64,000 nucleotides of DNA from an uncultured Candidatus Saccharibacteria bacterium (GCA_964401295.1 CAYNXX010000001.1:137076-201075); one strand, 5' to 3'; counted from the stretch's first letter, positions 17,783 through 28,532 are shown. A program made the numbers and translations. The notes: generated by a model from the letters alone, not told the origin.

Positions 17783-18799
17783 TTATCTAGTATCGGCGCG
17801 CTGGCGTCGCAAAAAATCATGTAAAAACTCGGCAATCATACCTATCATTGGCACAACTAAAATTGCGCCGAGTGCGCCCCATAATTTTCCTCCCACGGCC
17901 AAAGCCAGCAAAACAAGTGCTGGCGAAATATCAACCATTTTTTTGGTGATGGCGGGAGTAAGAATATTGCTTTCCACTTGTTGGATTAATGTAAAAGCGG
18001 CCAGCACGACAAAGGCCATCACTGGCGAATCTAAACCAATAACCACTAAAAGCAAGAAGGCTGTAGTCAGTGGACCAACTATCGGAACGAAATTAGATAG
18101 ACCTGCGACCAAAGCTAGGGTTATGGGATAACGTACGTCGAAAAGTAAAAATGTTATGTACGATAAAATGCCGACGAACAGCGAAGCGATTATCCGCGTA
18201 AAAAACCAGCCGGTAACCCGTCGCTCAGCCCGGCGCCACAAAGATAAAATGCGCTCTTCGTATTCTCCGGGGAAAATAACCAGCAGGGTCTTTTCGATTG
18301 AGTTTACCTCCATGGACAAAAAGAAGGCCACGCTGATAATGAAAAGGGTAGAAAATAATCCGCCAAAAACTACGAATAAGGTACTGAATACATTTGAAGA
18401 AATCTGCTCAACTGTAGATTGGATAATGGTTACGAATGTCTGCGTGTTGCTGAAGGCTTGTATGCCGACCTGACTTAAAATCGGAGAAATCTGCCCGAAA
18501 TATTTTGGAAACGATTGAGAAAAAGCTCTTATCTCGCTAATAAACACCGTAGCGACGTAATATATAAAAAGGGCTAGCAAGCCAAAAATCGCGACATAAA
18601 CGAAAACGACTGACAAAACCCGCGGGATACGCCTTTTATGGAGAAAATCTATAATTGGGTTGAACAGCAAAGAAATTATAAGGGCAAAAACAAACCAAAC
18701 AACGATCTCGCGGACAAGATATAAAACGTAAAGCACAAAAATCGCGATTAATATTTTTATAATCGCCGACCAAGATATGTCCAAAGTGTTTTCTCGCAT
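17783..18799 (-). CDS. AI-2E family transporter (PerM/UPF0118)
   Basis: Eight TM helices with the AI-2E family pattern. Confidence 0.75.
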   Translation of the reverse strand: MRENTLDISWSAIIKILIAIFVLYVLYLVREIVVWFVFALIISLLFNPIIDFLHKRRIPRVLSVVFVYVAIFGLLALFIYYVATVFISEIRAFSQSFPKYFGQISPILSQVGIQAFSNTQTFVTIIQSTVEQISSNVFSTLFVVFGGLFSTLFIISVAFFLSMEVNSIEKTLLVIFPGEYEERILSLWRRAERRVTGWFFTRIIASLFVGILSYITFLLFDVRYPITLALVAGLSNFVPIVGPLTTAFLLLVVIGLDSPVMAFVVLAAFTLIQQVESNILTPAITKKMVDISPALVLLALAVGGKLWGALGAILVVPMIGMIAEFLHDFLRRQRADTR

Positions 18800-18805
18800 T
18801 TTAAA

Positions 18806-20071
18806 TTAAAGCCTTAAAAGCGGATCGAACTCTCTTTTGTCTTCAAAGGGACCTACAATCGCAAGATTAAGTTTATTGGGCTTAAAAATATCTTTTGCTA
18901 CATGCCGGATGTCACCCGCGCTAACTTTTTTAATTTTTTTATAAATCTCATCCGGAGTTAAAATTTGACGCTCAAGCAAATCCTGCATCCCATAGAAAGA
19001 CGCTTTGGCGTCAGAAGACTCAAGGGACAATGCCATAGTTCCGACCAAGTAATCTTTTGCCTTTTTCAATTCTTTTAATGGGGTTGGTTTTTGCGCTATC
19101 TTTTTATATTCGCGCGAAATCGTGGTAATTGCCCTGCCCACGCTTTTGTTTTCAATGCCGGCTTGCGAAACGAAATATCCCGTGTCCGGATCCAACTCCA
19201 CAGAACTTCTTATATAATAAGCAATGCCTAGTTTTTCTCTGACCTCTATAAATAGTCTCGAGCTCATCATTCCGCCCAGGATCACGCTTAAAAGCTCCAG
19301 CGCATATTTTGCCGGATGCGAAAGATTATAACCCCTGACGCCGAGACATATATGAGATTGATCGGTTTTCCTCGTGTGTAGCAAAAGTTCCGGCTGGCTT
19401 TGCTTTTCGACGACTACTGCCTTTGGTCGGAACTCGCCATCTCGTACAGCCGAAAAATAGTGCTTTGCTTTTTTTATGGCCAAGCTCTGTTTGAAATTTC
19501 CGGCCAGGCACACAATAGTATTTTTTGCCACATACTGGCTTTTCATATAATCGGCCAGTTGTTTTCGTGTAACGTTGGCGACGCTTTCTTTCGTTCCGGC
19601 TACCGGCCAGCCAATCGGCTGATTGCCATAAAGAACCTGCTGCCATAATTCCTGTACATAAGACATCGGGTTATCATAATACATGTTTATTTCTTCCATA
19701 ATAACTCCGCGCTCTTTTTGGATTTCTTTTTCCGGCAAAAGACTGTTAATGAAAATATCTGCCACCCAGTCAAGCGCGATGTCAAAATATTCCGCCTTCA
19801 CCTTAGCCCAATAGCCAGTGTATTCTTGGCCGGTAAAGGCATTATAGACTCCGCCGACCCTATCCAACGTCTCGGCTATCTCAACTTTATCCGGTCTCTT
19901 TTTCGTCCCTTTAAAAAACATGTGTTCCAAAAAATGAGATGAACCGTTAAACTTTTTTTCTTCATATTTTGAACCAGTTCCAACTAAAACCAAAACCGTA
20001 GCAGCCTGCGTGCTTTTTTGGGGAACTGTGATAATCCTTAAACCGCTTTTGAGAATGGTTTTTTTGAACAT
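18806..20071 (-). CDS. M16-family zinc peptidase (insulinase-like), active-type subunit
   Basis: The inverted zinc motif HxxEH is present (HFLEHMFFKGT). Confidence 0.85.
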   Translation of the reverse strand: MFKKTILKSGLRIITVPQKSTQAATVLVLVGTGSKYEEKKFNGSSHFLEHMFFKGTKKRPDKVEIAETLDRVGGVYNAFTGQEYTGYWAKVKAEYFDIALDWVADIFINSLLPEKEIQKERGVIMEEINMYYDNPMSYVQELWQQVLYGNQPIGWPVAGTKESVANVTRKQLADYMKSQYVAKNTIVCLAGNFKQSLAIKKAKHYFSAVRDGEFRPKAVVVEKQSQPELLLHTRKTDQSHICLGVRGYNLSHPAKYALELLSVILGGMMSSRLFIEVREKLGIAYYIRSSVELDPDTGYFVSQAGIENKSVGRAITTISREYKKIAQKPTPLKELKKAKDYLVGTMALSLESSDAKASFYGMQDLLERQILTPDEIYKKIKKVSAGDIRHVAKDIFKPNKLNLAIVGPFEDKREFDPLLRL

Positions 20072-20273
20072 CTTTGGGAGTACATATTCGGAACCATGTA
20101 CTCCTAAAATTATAACTTAAATCCGTGAAATATAAAAGCGAATTCCAGCGGCTATTATTTTACTGACCGTTTGCTACTTGATTGGAAAAAACATTATCTA
20201 AATATAAATCTCTGCTTCCCGGTAGAAAAAATTTCATTACTAACTCTTTGTTTTATTTATTATGAATTCTTGT

Positions 20274-21599
20274 TTAACCTAATGAATTTGTCAACTTTTT
20301 AAACAGTTCATCTATTTTTTCTCTTTTCTGCTCCATCGTGTCTCTATAACGTACTGTAGCCGTGTCGTCTTTCAAGCTTTGATGATCAATTGTTATACAA
20401 TACGGCGTTCCTATTTCGTCCTGCCTACGATACCTACGACCTATTGTACCAACCTCATCATACTGACACATAAAATTGTTTTTTAATACGCTGTGTACTT
20501 CTTTGGCTTTTGAGACCAGTTCCGCATTATTTTTGACCAACGGCAAAATAGCCGCACGGATGGGTGCAATTTTTTTATTTAAATGTAAAACTATTTCTTT
20601 TTCTTTTGCCGATTCGGTGGTTTTTGTTCTGCCGCCTCTTATCTCTTCATAAGCATCAAGCAAGAGCGCGAGTATTAAGCGGTCAATGCCCAAAGTTGGC
20701 TCAATAACATACGGAGTAAATCTTTTGCCAATCTCCTCGTCAAAGTATCGCAAATCTTGCCCAGAAAACTGGGAGTGCCGAGATAAATCATAATCCGTCC
20801 GGTTCGCAACACCCGCCAACTCTGCCCACCCGAAGGGAAAATGATACTCAATGTCAATAGTGCGCTTAGAATAATGAGCTAAATCTTTTTTGGCGTGCTC
20901 TTTGCGCTGCAGATTTTCTTTTTTCAGACCCAAATCCAAAAAGAACGTTTCCCATGCCTCCAGCCACTCATCGAATGCTTTTTCATCTTGTCCAGGCTTC
21001 ACGAAATATTCTATCTCCGCAATGTCAAACTCGCGCGAGCGAAAAGTGAAGTTGCCCGTAGTGATTTCATTGCGAAAACAACGTCCGATTTGGGCAATGC
21101 CCAGCGGCAATTTCTGGCGCATGGATTCCTGGACAAGTTTAAAATCCTCGAACATTGATTGTGCGGTTTCGGGCCTCAAATAAGCCGCGCCGGCTTGATC
21201 TTCCACCGGACCCAAAAATGTTTTAAACATCAGATTAAACCGCCGCGGCGCGGTAAATTCTTTGCCTCCGCAAAATGGACATTTACCGTCCCTTAAATGG
21301 TCTTGCCTAAATCTAGCGTGGCACTTTTTGCATTCAACCAAGGCATCGCTGAAGCTAGCTATATGCCCAGAAGCCTCCCAGGTTTTAGGATGCATAATAA
21401 CGGTCCCGTCAATTAAAAAAACGTTGTCGCGCTCCTGCACGAATTTCTTAATCCATTCCGCCTTTATATTATTTTTCATCAATACCCCGAGCGGCCCGTA
21501 ATCCCAGAGAGCTTCTATGCCTCCGTAGATCCCAGAAGTCTGAAAAATAAAACCGCGGCGTTTGGCAAGAGAAGTAATTTTATCCATTAGGTTTTCCAT
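20274..21599 (-). CDS. glyQS: Glycyl-tRNA synthetase (class II, alpha2 GlyQS type)
   Basis: Class II motifs 1-3 and a C-terminal anticodon-binding domain are present. Total length is 441 aa. Confidence 0.9.
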   Translation of the reverse strand: MENLMDKITSLAKRRGFIFQTSGIYGGIEALWDYGPLGVLMKNNIKAEWIKKFVQERDNVFLIDGTVIMHPKTWEASGHIASFSDALVECKKCHARFRQDHLRDGKCPFCGGKEFTAPRRFNLMFKTFLGPVEDQAGAAYLRPETAQSMFEDFKLVQESMRQKLPLGIAQIGRCFRNEITTGNFTFRSREFDIAEIEYFVKPGQDEKAFDEWLEAWETFFLDLGLKKENLQRKEHAKKDLAHYSKRTIDIEYHFPFGWAELAGVANRTDYDLSRHSQFSGQDLRYFDEEIGKRFTPYVIEPTLGIDRLILALLLDAYEEIRGGRTKTTESAKEKEIVLHLNKKIAPIRAAILPLVKNNAELVSKAKEVHSVLKNNFMCQYDEVGTIGRRYRRQDEIGTPYCITIDHQSLKDDTATVRYRDTMEQKREKIDELFKKLTNSLG

Positions 21600-21609
21600 A
21601 AATACAAAC

Positions 21610-23268
21610 CTATCTGATTAAGCCACTATTGTTTGACAGCGAAGAATCATCCGGCAATGTTGTGTCTATTGTTGCGCTCGTATCGTAAGCGACCTCGGCT
21701 CCAGACCAGCTATCCGCGCCCAAAAGACGGGCTGCAGAAATTAATGGCATGGTCTTACCTAAGTCTGAAGATTCTGGTTTTAACATTATCTGAAAAGCTA
21801 TTGACGGACCAAGGTCGGTCGCGCTGCCTGCGCGCACACTGCCCACATCCCATAAAAGCTCGTCTGTTGAAGCCTCAACGACCAGCTTTGCATCTTGCGG
21901 AAAAGTCTTTCCGACAAGCGAAACTTTTGGCGGCAATGCTGCTCTTATCGAAACACTACCAAGGTCACTATAAGATGGTTTTATCCTCCAAACTACGGTA
22001 TAAGTTGTACTTTGGCCAACCTGTGGCGGAATCGGGCCGGAGTTACCGAAAATATTATCAGTATAATAAACCGATTGAGTCAAAACTGGCTTGGCCTGAA
22101 TTTTTGTTTCAAACTGCTGGCGCGTCTGAGAAAGAACAACGGTATCTTTGACTGATGGATTTTTATCCCCGGTCATTAAAGCGGATTCGTTTTTAAGATT
22201 AATCCAGAATTCAACGCTGCCTTCTTCTCCCGAATTCAAAAATTTTAGCTTAGGAACTCTCTGCGAATCCCAAATTATTGAATTGTCGCCCGATTGAAAT
22301 TGCCCGTCTTCGGTTTTGACGCTTGAAAGATCAAATGGGTAGCCGTCAAGACGAACCACTAAAAATAAATTGTCGAAATAATTTTCTCCGACATTGCGGA
22401 AGGTTACCTGGTAATGCAGAACGTCTCCGGGATTAGCTATGTAATTATCTGTGCCGTTAATCGTCTGGGAAATAAGCAGATCGGGTTGGGATATAGATAT
22501 GGCCTTCTCTATTTCTTTCAACAAAACGAATTCTCCATCAACCCATACGCCGAGCTGGGCTTTAAAATCTTTCTCCTGCGATAAGTCTCCTGTCAAAGAA
22601 CCACTGATATTAACGCTTCCTCCTTGTCTGCCGTTTAAAAGACCGATGTCCCATTCATTATTTTCTATGCCGCGCGGTTTGCTTCCAGAAAACTGAAAGC
22701 CCGACGGATATTGCATTAAAAGTCTTACTCCGGAAACCGGATAGTTGCCGGTAGAAGAATAATTCACCGTGAAAGACATAGGCTTCGCGTTCTCTGCCCG
22801 CGAAGGCAATACTAAATCCAAATTTAGCGGCACGGATGAAATAAGCGTTGTTGCGCTGGTTTTTGATTCGTATTTTGCTTTAAGATTTTTGGGGCTGTAG
22901 CTTATCGTCACCTTTGCAACCTGTGCCTGGTTTTCCGCTCCAAACAATCTTGCTTTGAACGTTTCGGTTCTTTCTTGGCCCGGGTATATATCATCAAGTT
23001 TCTTTGCGAAAATCTTACCTGAATCGGCCTCCGGGAAGGAACGACTAGGATATTCAAAAAGCAATTTTACATCTTCAAGCGCCACGTTTCCGTTGTTTTT
23101 ATACTTAACTACATACTCAATCCCGTCAAAAGCCTGAACTTTATCCGGCGCCAAAAGCTCAAGCTTTAAAACGTCCTTGGAATAAACATTTCTCTGGTAA
23201 TACCAAAGGCCAGCCAGGCTGATGGCTAGAGCCAATGCAATTAAAACAAGGCTAATTTTTATTTTCAT
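21610..23268 (-). CDS. Secreted/cell-surface protein with an N-terminal signal/TM and ~4 tandem ~110-aa CARDB/DUF11-like beta-sandwich repeats
   Basis: An N-terminal hydrophobic segment is present. Four modules recur, each with a '...Y.V.....G......V.L...' pattern. Confidence 0.5.
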   Translation of the reverse strand: MKIKISLVLIALALAISLAGLWYYQRNVYSKDVLKLELLAPDKVQAFDGIEYVVKYKNNGNVALEDVKLLFEYPSRSFPEADSGKIFAKKLDDIYPGQERTETFKARLFGAENQAQVAKVTISYSPKNLKAKYESKTSATTLISSVPLNLDLVLPSRAENAKPMSFTVNYSSTGNYPVSGVRLLMQYPSGFQFSGSKPRGIENNEWDIGLLNGRQGGSVNISGSLTGDLSQEKDFKAQLGVWVDGEFVLLKEIEKAISISQPDLLISQTINGTDNYIANPGDVLHYQVTFRNVGENYFDNLFLVVRLDGYPFDLSSVKTEDGQFQSGDNSIIWDSQRVPKLKFLNSGEEGSVEFWINLKNESALMTGDKNPSVKDTVVLSQTRQQFETKIQAKPVLTQSVYYTDNIFGNSGPIPPQVGQSTTYTVVWRIKPSYSDLGSVSIRAALPPKVSLVGKTFPQDAKLVVEASTDELLWDVGSVRAGSATDLGPSIAFQIMLKPESSDLGKTMPLISAARLLGADSWSGAEVAYDTSATIDTTLPDDSSLSNNSGLIR

Positions 23269-24005
23269 TAAATATAGTTTGCTATTGGTTTAATTTGCCG
23301 AAAGTAACCTTCCAAAATTTTGTTTAGATTTATCGCAGCTGAATTTTCTATTTTTATTTTTATAATCTCTTCCCAAGGCCTTGCAAAGATCAGACGTAAT
23401 ATTTTAACTTCATCCGGCCTTATGGGTATTTTATCGTTTTTTGCACCCCTTGGAAAACAATGTGTGCAAACAATCCCTCCGCTGCCAAAACAAAAGGCTA
23501 ATTTACCAGGGATTAATTTTTTGTCGCATAAAATGCAAGCTGAAAGATCGGGTTTATAACCAATATGACCGGCAAAATTCCAAAGGCAATAAAGATAAAA
23601 TGGCAATAATTTATTATCGTCTAAGCTATCGCTATCAAGAGTCGCAAGCATATTTCTAAACGCCTGGAACGCTTCCGGATCCCTCTCCTCTTCTTTCAGG
23701 ACAGCATTGATCATATCGGCCATTTTATACGCGATTTTCAATCTCGCAGACTCAGCATGCAACTTCTCAAATTTATCCAAGACCAATGCATCCGTCAACG
23801 TCTTCCTGCCGCGTCCCTCAATAAATGCAATTTCGGAAAGATATAATAAGTCAATCCCAGAACGAAGTTTAGAGGAAATTTTTCTTATTCCCTTAGCCGC
23901 TATAAAAACTTTTCCGAAATTTTTCGTCAAAACTGTAAAAAGCTGATCGGCTTCGCCGATGTCTTTTTTATTTAAAATGATGCCTAAAGAACGGTGATGA
24001 GTAAA
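23268..24005 (-). CDS. recO: DNA repair protein RecO
   Basis: N-terminal OB-fold (GIILNKKDIGEADQL). C-terminal Cys4 zinc motif CILCDKK...CTHCF. The ORF is open to 24062. Confidence 0.8.
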   Translation of the reverse strand, partial: FTHHRSLGIILNKKDIGEADQLFTVLTKNFGKVFIAAKGIRKISSKLRSGIDLLYLSEIAFIEGRGRKTLTDALVLDKFEKLHAESARLKIAYKMADMINAVLKEEERDPEAFQAFRNMLATLDSDSLDDNKLLPFYLYCLWNFAGHIGYKPDLSACILCDKKLIPGKLAFCFGSGGIVCTHCFPRGAKNDKIPIRPDEVKILRLIFARPWEEIIKIKIENSAAINLNKILEGYFRQIKPIANYI

Positions 24006-24021
24006 CATTGATCGAATGAAA

Positions 24022-27000
24022 TTATATCTTTTGGATACCAAGACGCAACGGCTTGCCATCAACTTTTATCTCTTTGGCTTTTGGATATTTTTTAAAAACG
24101 AGGTCCTTTGCTCGCGTTTCCTGCAGGATTGTTTTTTTGTTTTTGGCGATAATATCCAAAAGCCTGTCTTGGCCTTCGCAAAATATAATTATTGAGTGTT
24201 TCGGTTTAAGACCGGCTCTTTTACGCTCTTCCTGCAGAGTTCTGATAACCTCTCTTATCATGCCTTCTTCTTTAAGCTCTGGCGTAATTTCCGTATCAAG
24301 CGAAAAAGTTTTTCCAAAAATTATATTTTTGACATTTACTTCATCTTTAATAAGTTCCAGCAATTTTTTCTTTTTCTGCAATTCTCTCTGCGCTATCGCA
24401 AGCTCTTTCAACGGCTGCCTCACTTTAATGCCGGCTCTGGCTCTTGCCGCCAGCGCCGCGGCGACGATATCGCGCGCCAAATCCATATCTTTTTCCAATT
24501 CTTGGCTTAATAAGCTTTTCGCAAGCACAGGCCATTTTTCCAGATGCAAACTTTCTTTATATCTGCCTTTTTTTTGGGTGATACGAAGATAAATATCTTC
24601 GGAAATAAATGGCACGAATGGAGCGCAAAGCCTGCAAACGTCGCGCAAGACAGATGCCAACACCGAACATGCAACCTTAGAATCTTTATCTTTTTCTTTT
24701 TTTTGCAAACGGCGCCTTGATCTTCTAATATACCACTGGGACAAATCTTCAATGACAAAATTTTCCAGAGTTCTTGCGGCCTGCATAATATCGTAATTAT
24801 CCAAGCTCGCTGTTACATTTTTTATAGTCGTTTGAAGCTTTGAAAGTATCCACGAATCCAAAACTCCAAGATCTTTTACGGGCGGATTTTTTGTATACTC
24901 TTGCGAATAAGTATCAAAAAATATATAACAATTCCACAGGATTAAAATAAATTTTTTGAACGCTAAATCTATATCTGATTCTTTGAAAAGCTTCGCCTCT
25001 CCCGGCTGGTTAACAGTGTAAAAATACCACCTTACTGCGTCGGCCCCATATTTATCCAACACAGCCCAAGGATTTACGGCATTGCCTTTAGACTTTGACA
25101 TTTTTTCTCCCCTTTCGTCCAAAACATGGCCTAGGGAAATAACGTTTTCATACGGCGCGCTAAATCCTAGTGCGCTTGAAATGGCAAGTAGTGTGTAAAA
25201 CCAGCCCCGCGTCTGGTCTACAGCCTCGGAAATATAATCGGCTGGGAATAATTCTGGCGGATTTAATTTCCGATTTTTGCGCTCACCGACATGCGCGAAT
25301 GGCCAATGACCTTGCGCAAATGGCATTGCTCCGGAATCAAACCAGACATCGCTAACATCTTTAACCCTCTTCATAATCCTGCCGCACTTTTGGCAATAAA
25401 ATTTTACTTCATCAATATATGGGCGGTGCGGATCAAATTGACCTTTTTCATCTAGGGGCACTTTTTTATATTCTACCTTGCGGATTTCTCCAGTACGCGG
25501 CCCGCCGACATTCTGTTTTATTTTCAAGATCCTTTCATCGCTCAAGCCAGCCAGCGTATTTGTAAGCAGCCAAAGCGGATCGCCGTGGCTGACAATCAAA
25601 ATTTTTGAATTTTTATGTTTTTTTTCTATGGAGTCAAGAGCATCAAATACTCTTTTTCTACATTGGCCGTAATTCTCTCCCCCGGCCGGTTTTTTATCAT
25701 AAAACCTATCGAGCTTGAGCGGAAAATCTTGATAAAATCTTTCTTTTGTGCCACCGTGATACCCGCCCAAATTGATATCCCTTAATCTTCGATCAAAAAC
25801 TATTTTAACTCCACCCAGCTCTTTGGAAACTATTTTTGCGCTCTGACGTGTGCGCATAACGTCCGAAGCGTAAATTATGCTTATTTTTTCCTTTTTGAGT
25901 TTCTGCGCGCATTTTCTGATTTGCTTCTCACCCTCTTTGGTCAAAAATACTGGCTCTTTTTCTGGCCACGGATACATAAAAGCTGTTTTTTTTGTCTGAT
26001 ATTCGGTCTGGCCATGACGTATTACATAATATTCATTGGTTGAAAATTTTTTTGAAAATAAATCCTGCTTGGATCCTATTGCGCATACATCTTTGCACTC
26101 AGTGCACTGCCAAAGCGGTAAGGGCGTACCCCAATATCTTTCGCGCGAAAAAGCCCAATCTTTTACTTCTTTAAGCCATTCGCCGAACCTACCTTCTTTA
26201 AGATGCTCCGGAATCCATTTTATTTGTTTGTTATTTTCCAGCAGCCGATCTTTTATCGCTGTTATTTTCACGAACCACGACTCTTTGGCGTAATACAAAA
26301 GCGGCGAGGCGCAACGCCAACAGAAAGGATAATCATGTTCGTATATTTCTTCCCCAAAAAGCAAACCGCGTTTTTTCAAATCTTCTTTAATTAGTTTATC
26401 TGCATCTTTGACAAACAATCCATTCCAGGTATAACCGGGGGTTATCATTTTTCCCTGGCCATCAACGGTCAATAAAATCGGCGCGCTATCGGCATATTTT
26501 TTGACCGCTTCCATATCTTCCTCTCCGAAAGCCGGCGCTATATGAACTAACCCGGTACCCTCATCTTTTGATATAAAATTGCCGGCAATTAAACTATATG
26601 GCTTGAAGTTGGAATCCGAAACGATTGAACCGACATAGAAAGGTTCATATTCCAAACCCAATAACTTTTTGCCATTTATTTCCTGAATAATTTCGCAGTC
26701 TTCTCCTAAAATGTTTAACCTATTCTTGGCTAAAATAAAATTATCATTGCCCTTTTTTGCTTTTACGTAAATAAACTCTGGGTTTACAGCTATGGCAATA
26801 TTGCCAGGCAGCGTCCATGGAGTTGTGGTCCAAACTAAAAGATAGTCATTTTTTTTACCTTTTATCCTAAATTTTATATATATTGCCGGCTCTTTTATTT
26901 TTTTGTATCCGAGTGCTACTTCGTGGCTTGAAAGAGAAGTTCCGCACCGCGGGCAATAGGGCACGACCTTAAAATCTTTGCGCAAAAGTCCTTTTTCCCA

Positions 27001-27480
27001 AACTCTTTTTATGATCCACCATAAAGTTTCAATATAATCGGCTTCGTATGTCACGTATGGATGTTCCATGTCTAGCCAAAAGCCGATTCTTGCAGTTAAT
27101 TTTTCCCATTCTTTTTTATAAAGCCAAACTGATTGTCTGCATTTTTTATTAAATCTGGCAATGCCATATTTTTCTATATCTTTTTTATTTTTTAGACCAA
27201 GTTCCTTTTCTATCTCAAGCTCTACTGGCAGACCATGCGTATCCCAACCGGCCTTGCGCAAAACGCGAAACCCCCGCATGGTTTTATAACGGCATATAAT
27301 ATCTTTATAGACCCTAGCCTCTACGTGATGTATTCCGGGCCGGGCGTTGGCGGTCGGTGGACCCTCATAAAAGACAAAGTCGCGGGCTCTGGCTCGCTGT
27401 TTCACGCTTTTCTCAAAAATCTTGTTTTTCTTCCAATATTTCAGTATTTTTTGTTCTTGTTTTGGGAAATTTATTTCCAT
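24022..27480 (-). CDS. ileS: Isoleucyl-tRNA synthetase (type 2) carrying an inserted histidine-phosphatase (PGAM-like) domain
   Basis: HH/HVEARV, KMSKS and anticodon-binding regions are present. Total length is 1152 aa, longer than usual. Residues ~476-680 contain RHGQTE ... SHG, the histidine phosphatase signature. They lie between LWQCTECK and the conserved HRPYIDEV...CGRIMKRV...VWFDSG segment. Confidence 0.9.
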   Translation of the reverse strand: MEINFPKQEQKILKYWKKNKIFEKSVKQRARARDFVFYEGPPTANARPGIHHVEARVYKDIICRYKTMRGFRVLRKAGWDTHGLPVELEIEKELGLKNKKDIEKYGIARFNKKCRQSVWLYKKEWEKLTARIGFWLDMEHPYVTYEADYIETLWWIIKRVWEKGLLRKDFKVVPYCPRCGTSLSSHEVALGYKKIKEPAIYIKFRIKGKKNDYLLVWTTTPWTLPGNIAIAVNPEFIYVKAKKGNDNFILAKNRLNILGEDCEIIQEINGKKLLGLEYEPFYVGSIVSDSNFKPYSLIAGNFISKDEGTGLVHIAPAFGEEDMEAVKKYADSAPILLTVDGQGKMITPGYTWNGLFVKDADKLIKEDLKKRGLLFGEEIYEHDYPFCWRCASPLLYYAKESWFVKITAIKDRLLENNKQIKWIPEHLKEGRFGEWLKEVKDWAFSRERYWGTPLPLWQCTECKDVCAIGSKQDLFSKKFSTNEYYVIRHGQTEYQTKKTAFMYPWPEKEPVFLTKEGEKQIRKCAQKLKKEKISIIYASDVMRTRQSAKIVSKELGGVKIVFDRRLRDINLGGYHGGTKERFYQDFPLKLDRFYDKKPAGGENYGQCRKRVFDALDSIEKKHKNSKILIVSHGDPLWLLTNTLAGLSDERILKIKQNVGGPRTGEIRKVEYKKVPLDEKGQFDPHRPYIDEVKFYCQKCGRIMKRVKDVSDVWFDSGAMPFAQGHWPFAHVGERKNRKLNPPELFPADYISEAVDQTRGWFYTLLAISSALGFSAPYENVISLGHVLDERGEKMSKSKGNAVNPWAVLDKYGADAVRWYFYTVNQPGEAKLFKESDIDLAFKKFILILWNCYIFFDTYSQEYTKNPPVKDLGVLDSWILSKLQTTIKNVTASLDNYDIMQAARTLENFVIEDLSQWYIRRSRRRLQKKEKDKDSKVACSVLASVLRDVCRLCAPFVPFISEDIYLRITQKKGRYKESLHLEKWPVLAKSLLSQELEKDMDLARDIVAAALAARARAGIKVRQPLKELAIAQRELQKKKKLLELIKDEVNVKNIIFGKTFSLDTEITPELKEEGMIREVIRTLQEERKRAGLKPKHSIIIFCEGQDRLLDIIAKNKKTILQETRAKDLVFKKYPKAKEIKVDGKPLRLGIQKI

Positions 27481-27523
27481 TGCTATTTAATAATGTATCA
27501 CTTTTGTGCTTAATTTTCAATGA

Positions 27524-27550
27524 AAAACCCGACAATGTCGGGTTTTATTT
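27524..27550. terminator. Bidirectional rho-independent terminator (AAACCCGAC-AAU-GUCGGGUUU, A-run / U-run)
   Basis: Perfect inverted repeat flanked by an A-run and a T-run. It lies between the ileS start and the FMN-reductase end. Confidence 0.6.
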
Positions 27551-28213
27551 CCAAAATCTTTTTTTATTTGCCCCAGCGCGGCGCAAAATCTCTATTTGAG
27601 CAAGGACATTTTGCGCTAACGCTTCAAGACGCCCCGATGTGCCATCAAGTTCTTTACTAATAGACGGAACAAATTTTAATATAAGTTTTTCGACGGGACC
27701 CAAGCGGTTTAGCGTATTTGAAATCAAACCGCAATTTATCCTTCCGTATGGCGGAACAATCACACCCATATCAAGCAACGCGGCGCACAGCGTATTGCCC
27801 ACGCCGCCCTCTTCAAAGCCGTAATTCACGATAAGACCTGCAACCTTACCCTCAAGCAAGGCTTCTTCTTCAAGAATGTTAAACTTTTCAAAAAGAGCTA
27901 CGGTAAGGGAACACGGCATGCGCCAGTGTACAGAAGTTGAAAGTATAAAGCCGTCAGCGCCAAGCAAAATATCGTAAAGCGCGACGGTATCTCGGTTTAC
28001 ATATGGCGGATTCGCCAAGCGCTGAAATTTTTTTGCGGCGTATTCCTTTTTTGGAAATATATCCAAGTCTATAAGATGCAAAAGTGATGTTTTTGCTCCG
28101 TGTTTTTTTACGAAGGAAAGGGTTTTCTTGAGATTAACCGCGGCGGGGCCATCTTTCGCAAGAGAACCATTAATCCCCACTATAATGGGTGTCGATTGGT
28201 CGTCTTCTCCCAT
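27545..28213 (-). CDS. NAD(P)H-dependent FMN reductase / flavodoxin-like fold oxidoreductase
   Basis: The N-terminus reads IIVGINGSL, an FMN_red family pattern. Confidence 0.6.
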   Translation of the reverse strand: MGEDDQSTPIIVGINGSLAKDGPAAVNLKKTLSFVKKHGAKTSLLHLIDLDIFPKKEYAAKKFQRLANPPYVNRDTVALYDILLGADGFILSTSVHWRMPCSLTVALFEKFNILEEEALLEGKVAGLIVNYGFEEGGVGNTLCAALLDMGVIVPPYGRINCGLISNTLNRLGPVEKLILKFVPSISKELDGTSGRLEALAQNVLAQIEILRRAGANKKRFWK

Positions 28214-28214
28214 G

Positions 28215-28532
28215 TCAAATTTTGCCCGCGGCTTTTAGATATTGACCGGCATTTAACAAGACAACAAACCAATAAATTGTGGCGGCCATGGCAAGCGCAA
28301 GGGTCACTTCGCGTTCTTTTTGCGGAGAGGACTTGCTGGCAAAATAAATTGTGGCGCCGACAACGGCAGCCTTAACGGCGATAACCCTTCCCCATTGTCT
28401 TTTCTCAACCAATCCCGCAAAAAATGGATTGGCCTCGTGTATTTTATCTGGAAATCTTTCTTTGGCCCAAAAAGTAGTTAGAAAATCAAAAACATGACCC
28501 AGGATGCACAAAGTAAGAAGCCTTTTCTTCAT
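28215..28532 (-). CDS. Small membrane protein, hypothetical
   Basis: Two to three predicted TM helices. No recognised family. Confidence 0.4.
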   Translation of the reverse strand: MKKRLLTLCILGHVFDFLTTFWAKERFPDKIHEANPFFAGLVEKRQWGRVIAVKAAVVGATIYFASKSSPQKEREVTLALAMAATIYWFVVLLNAGQYLKAAGKI

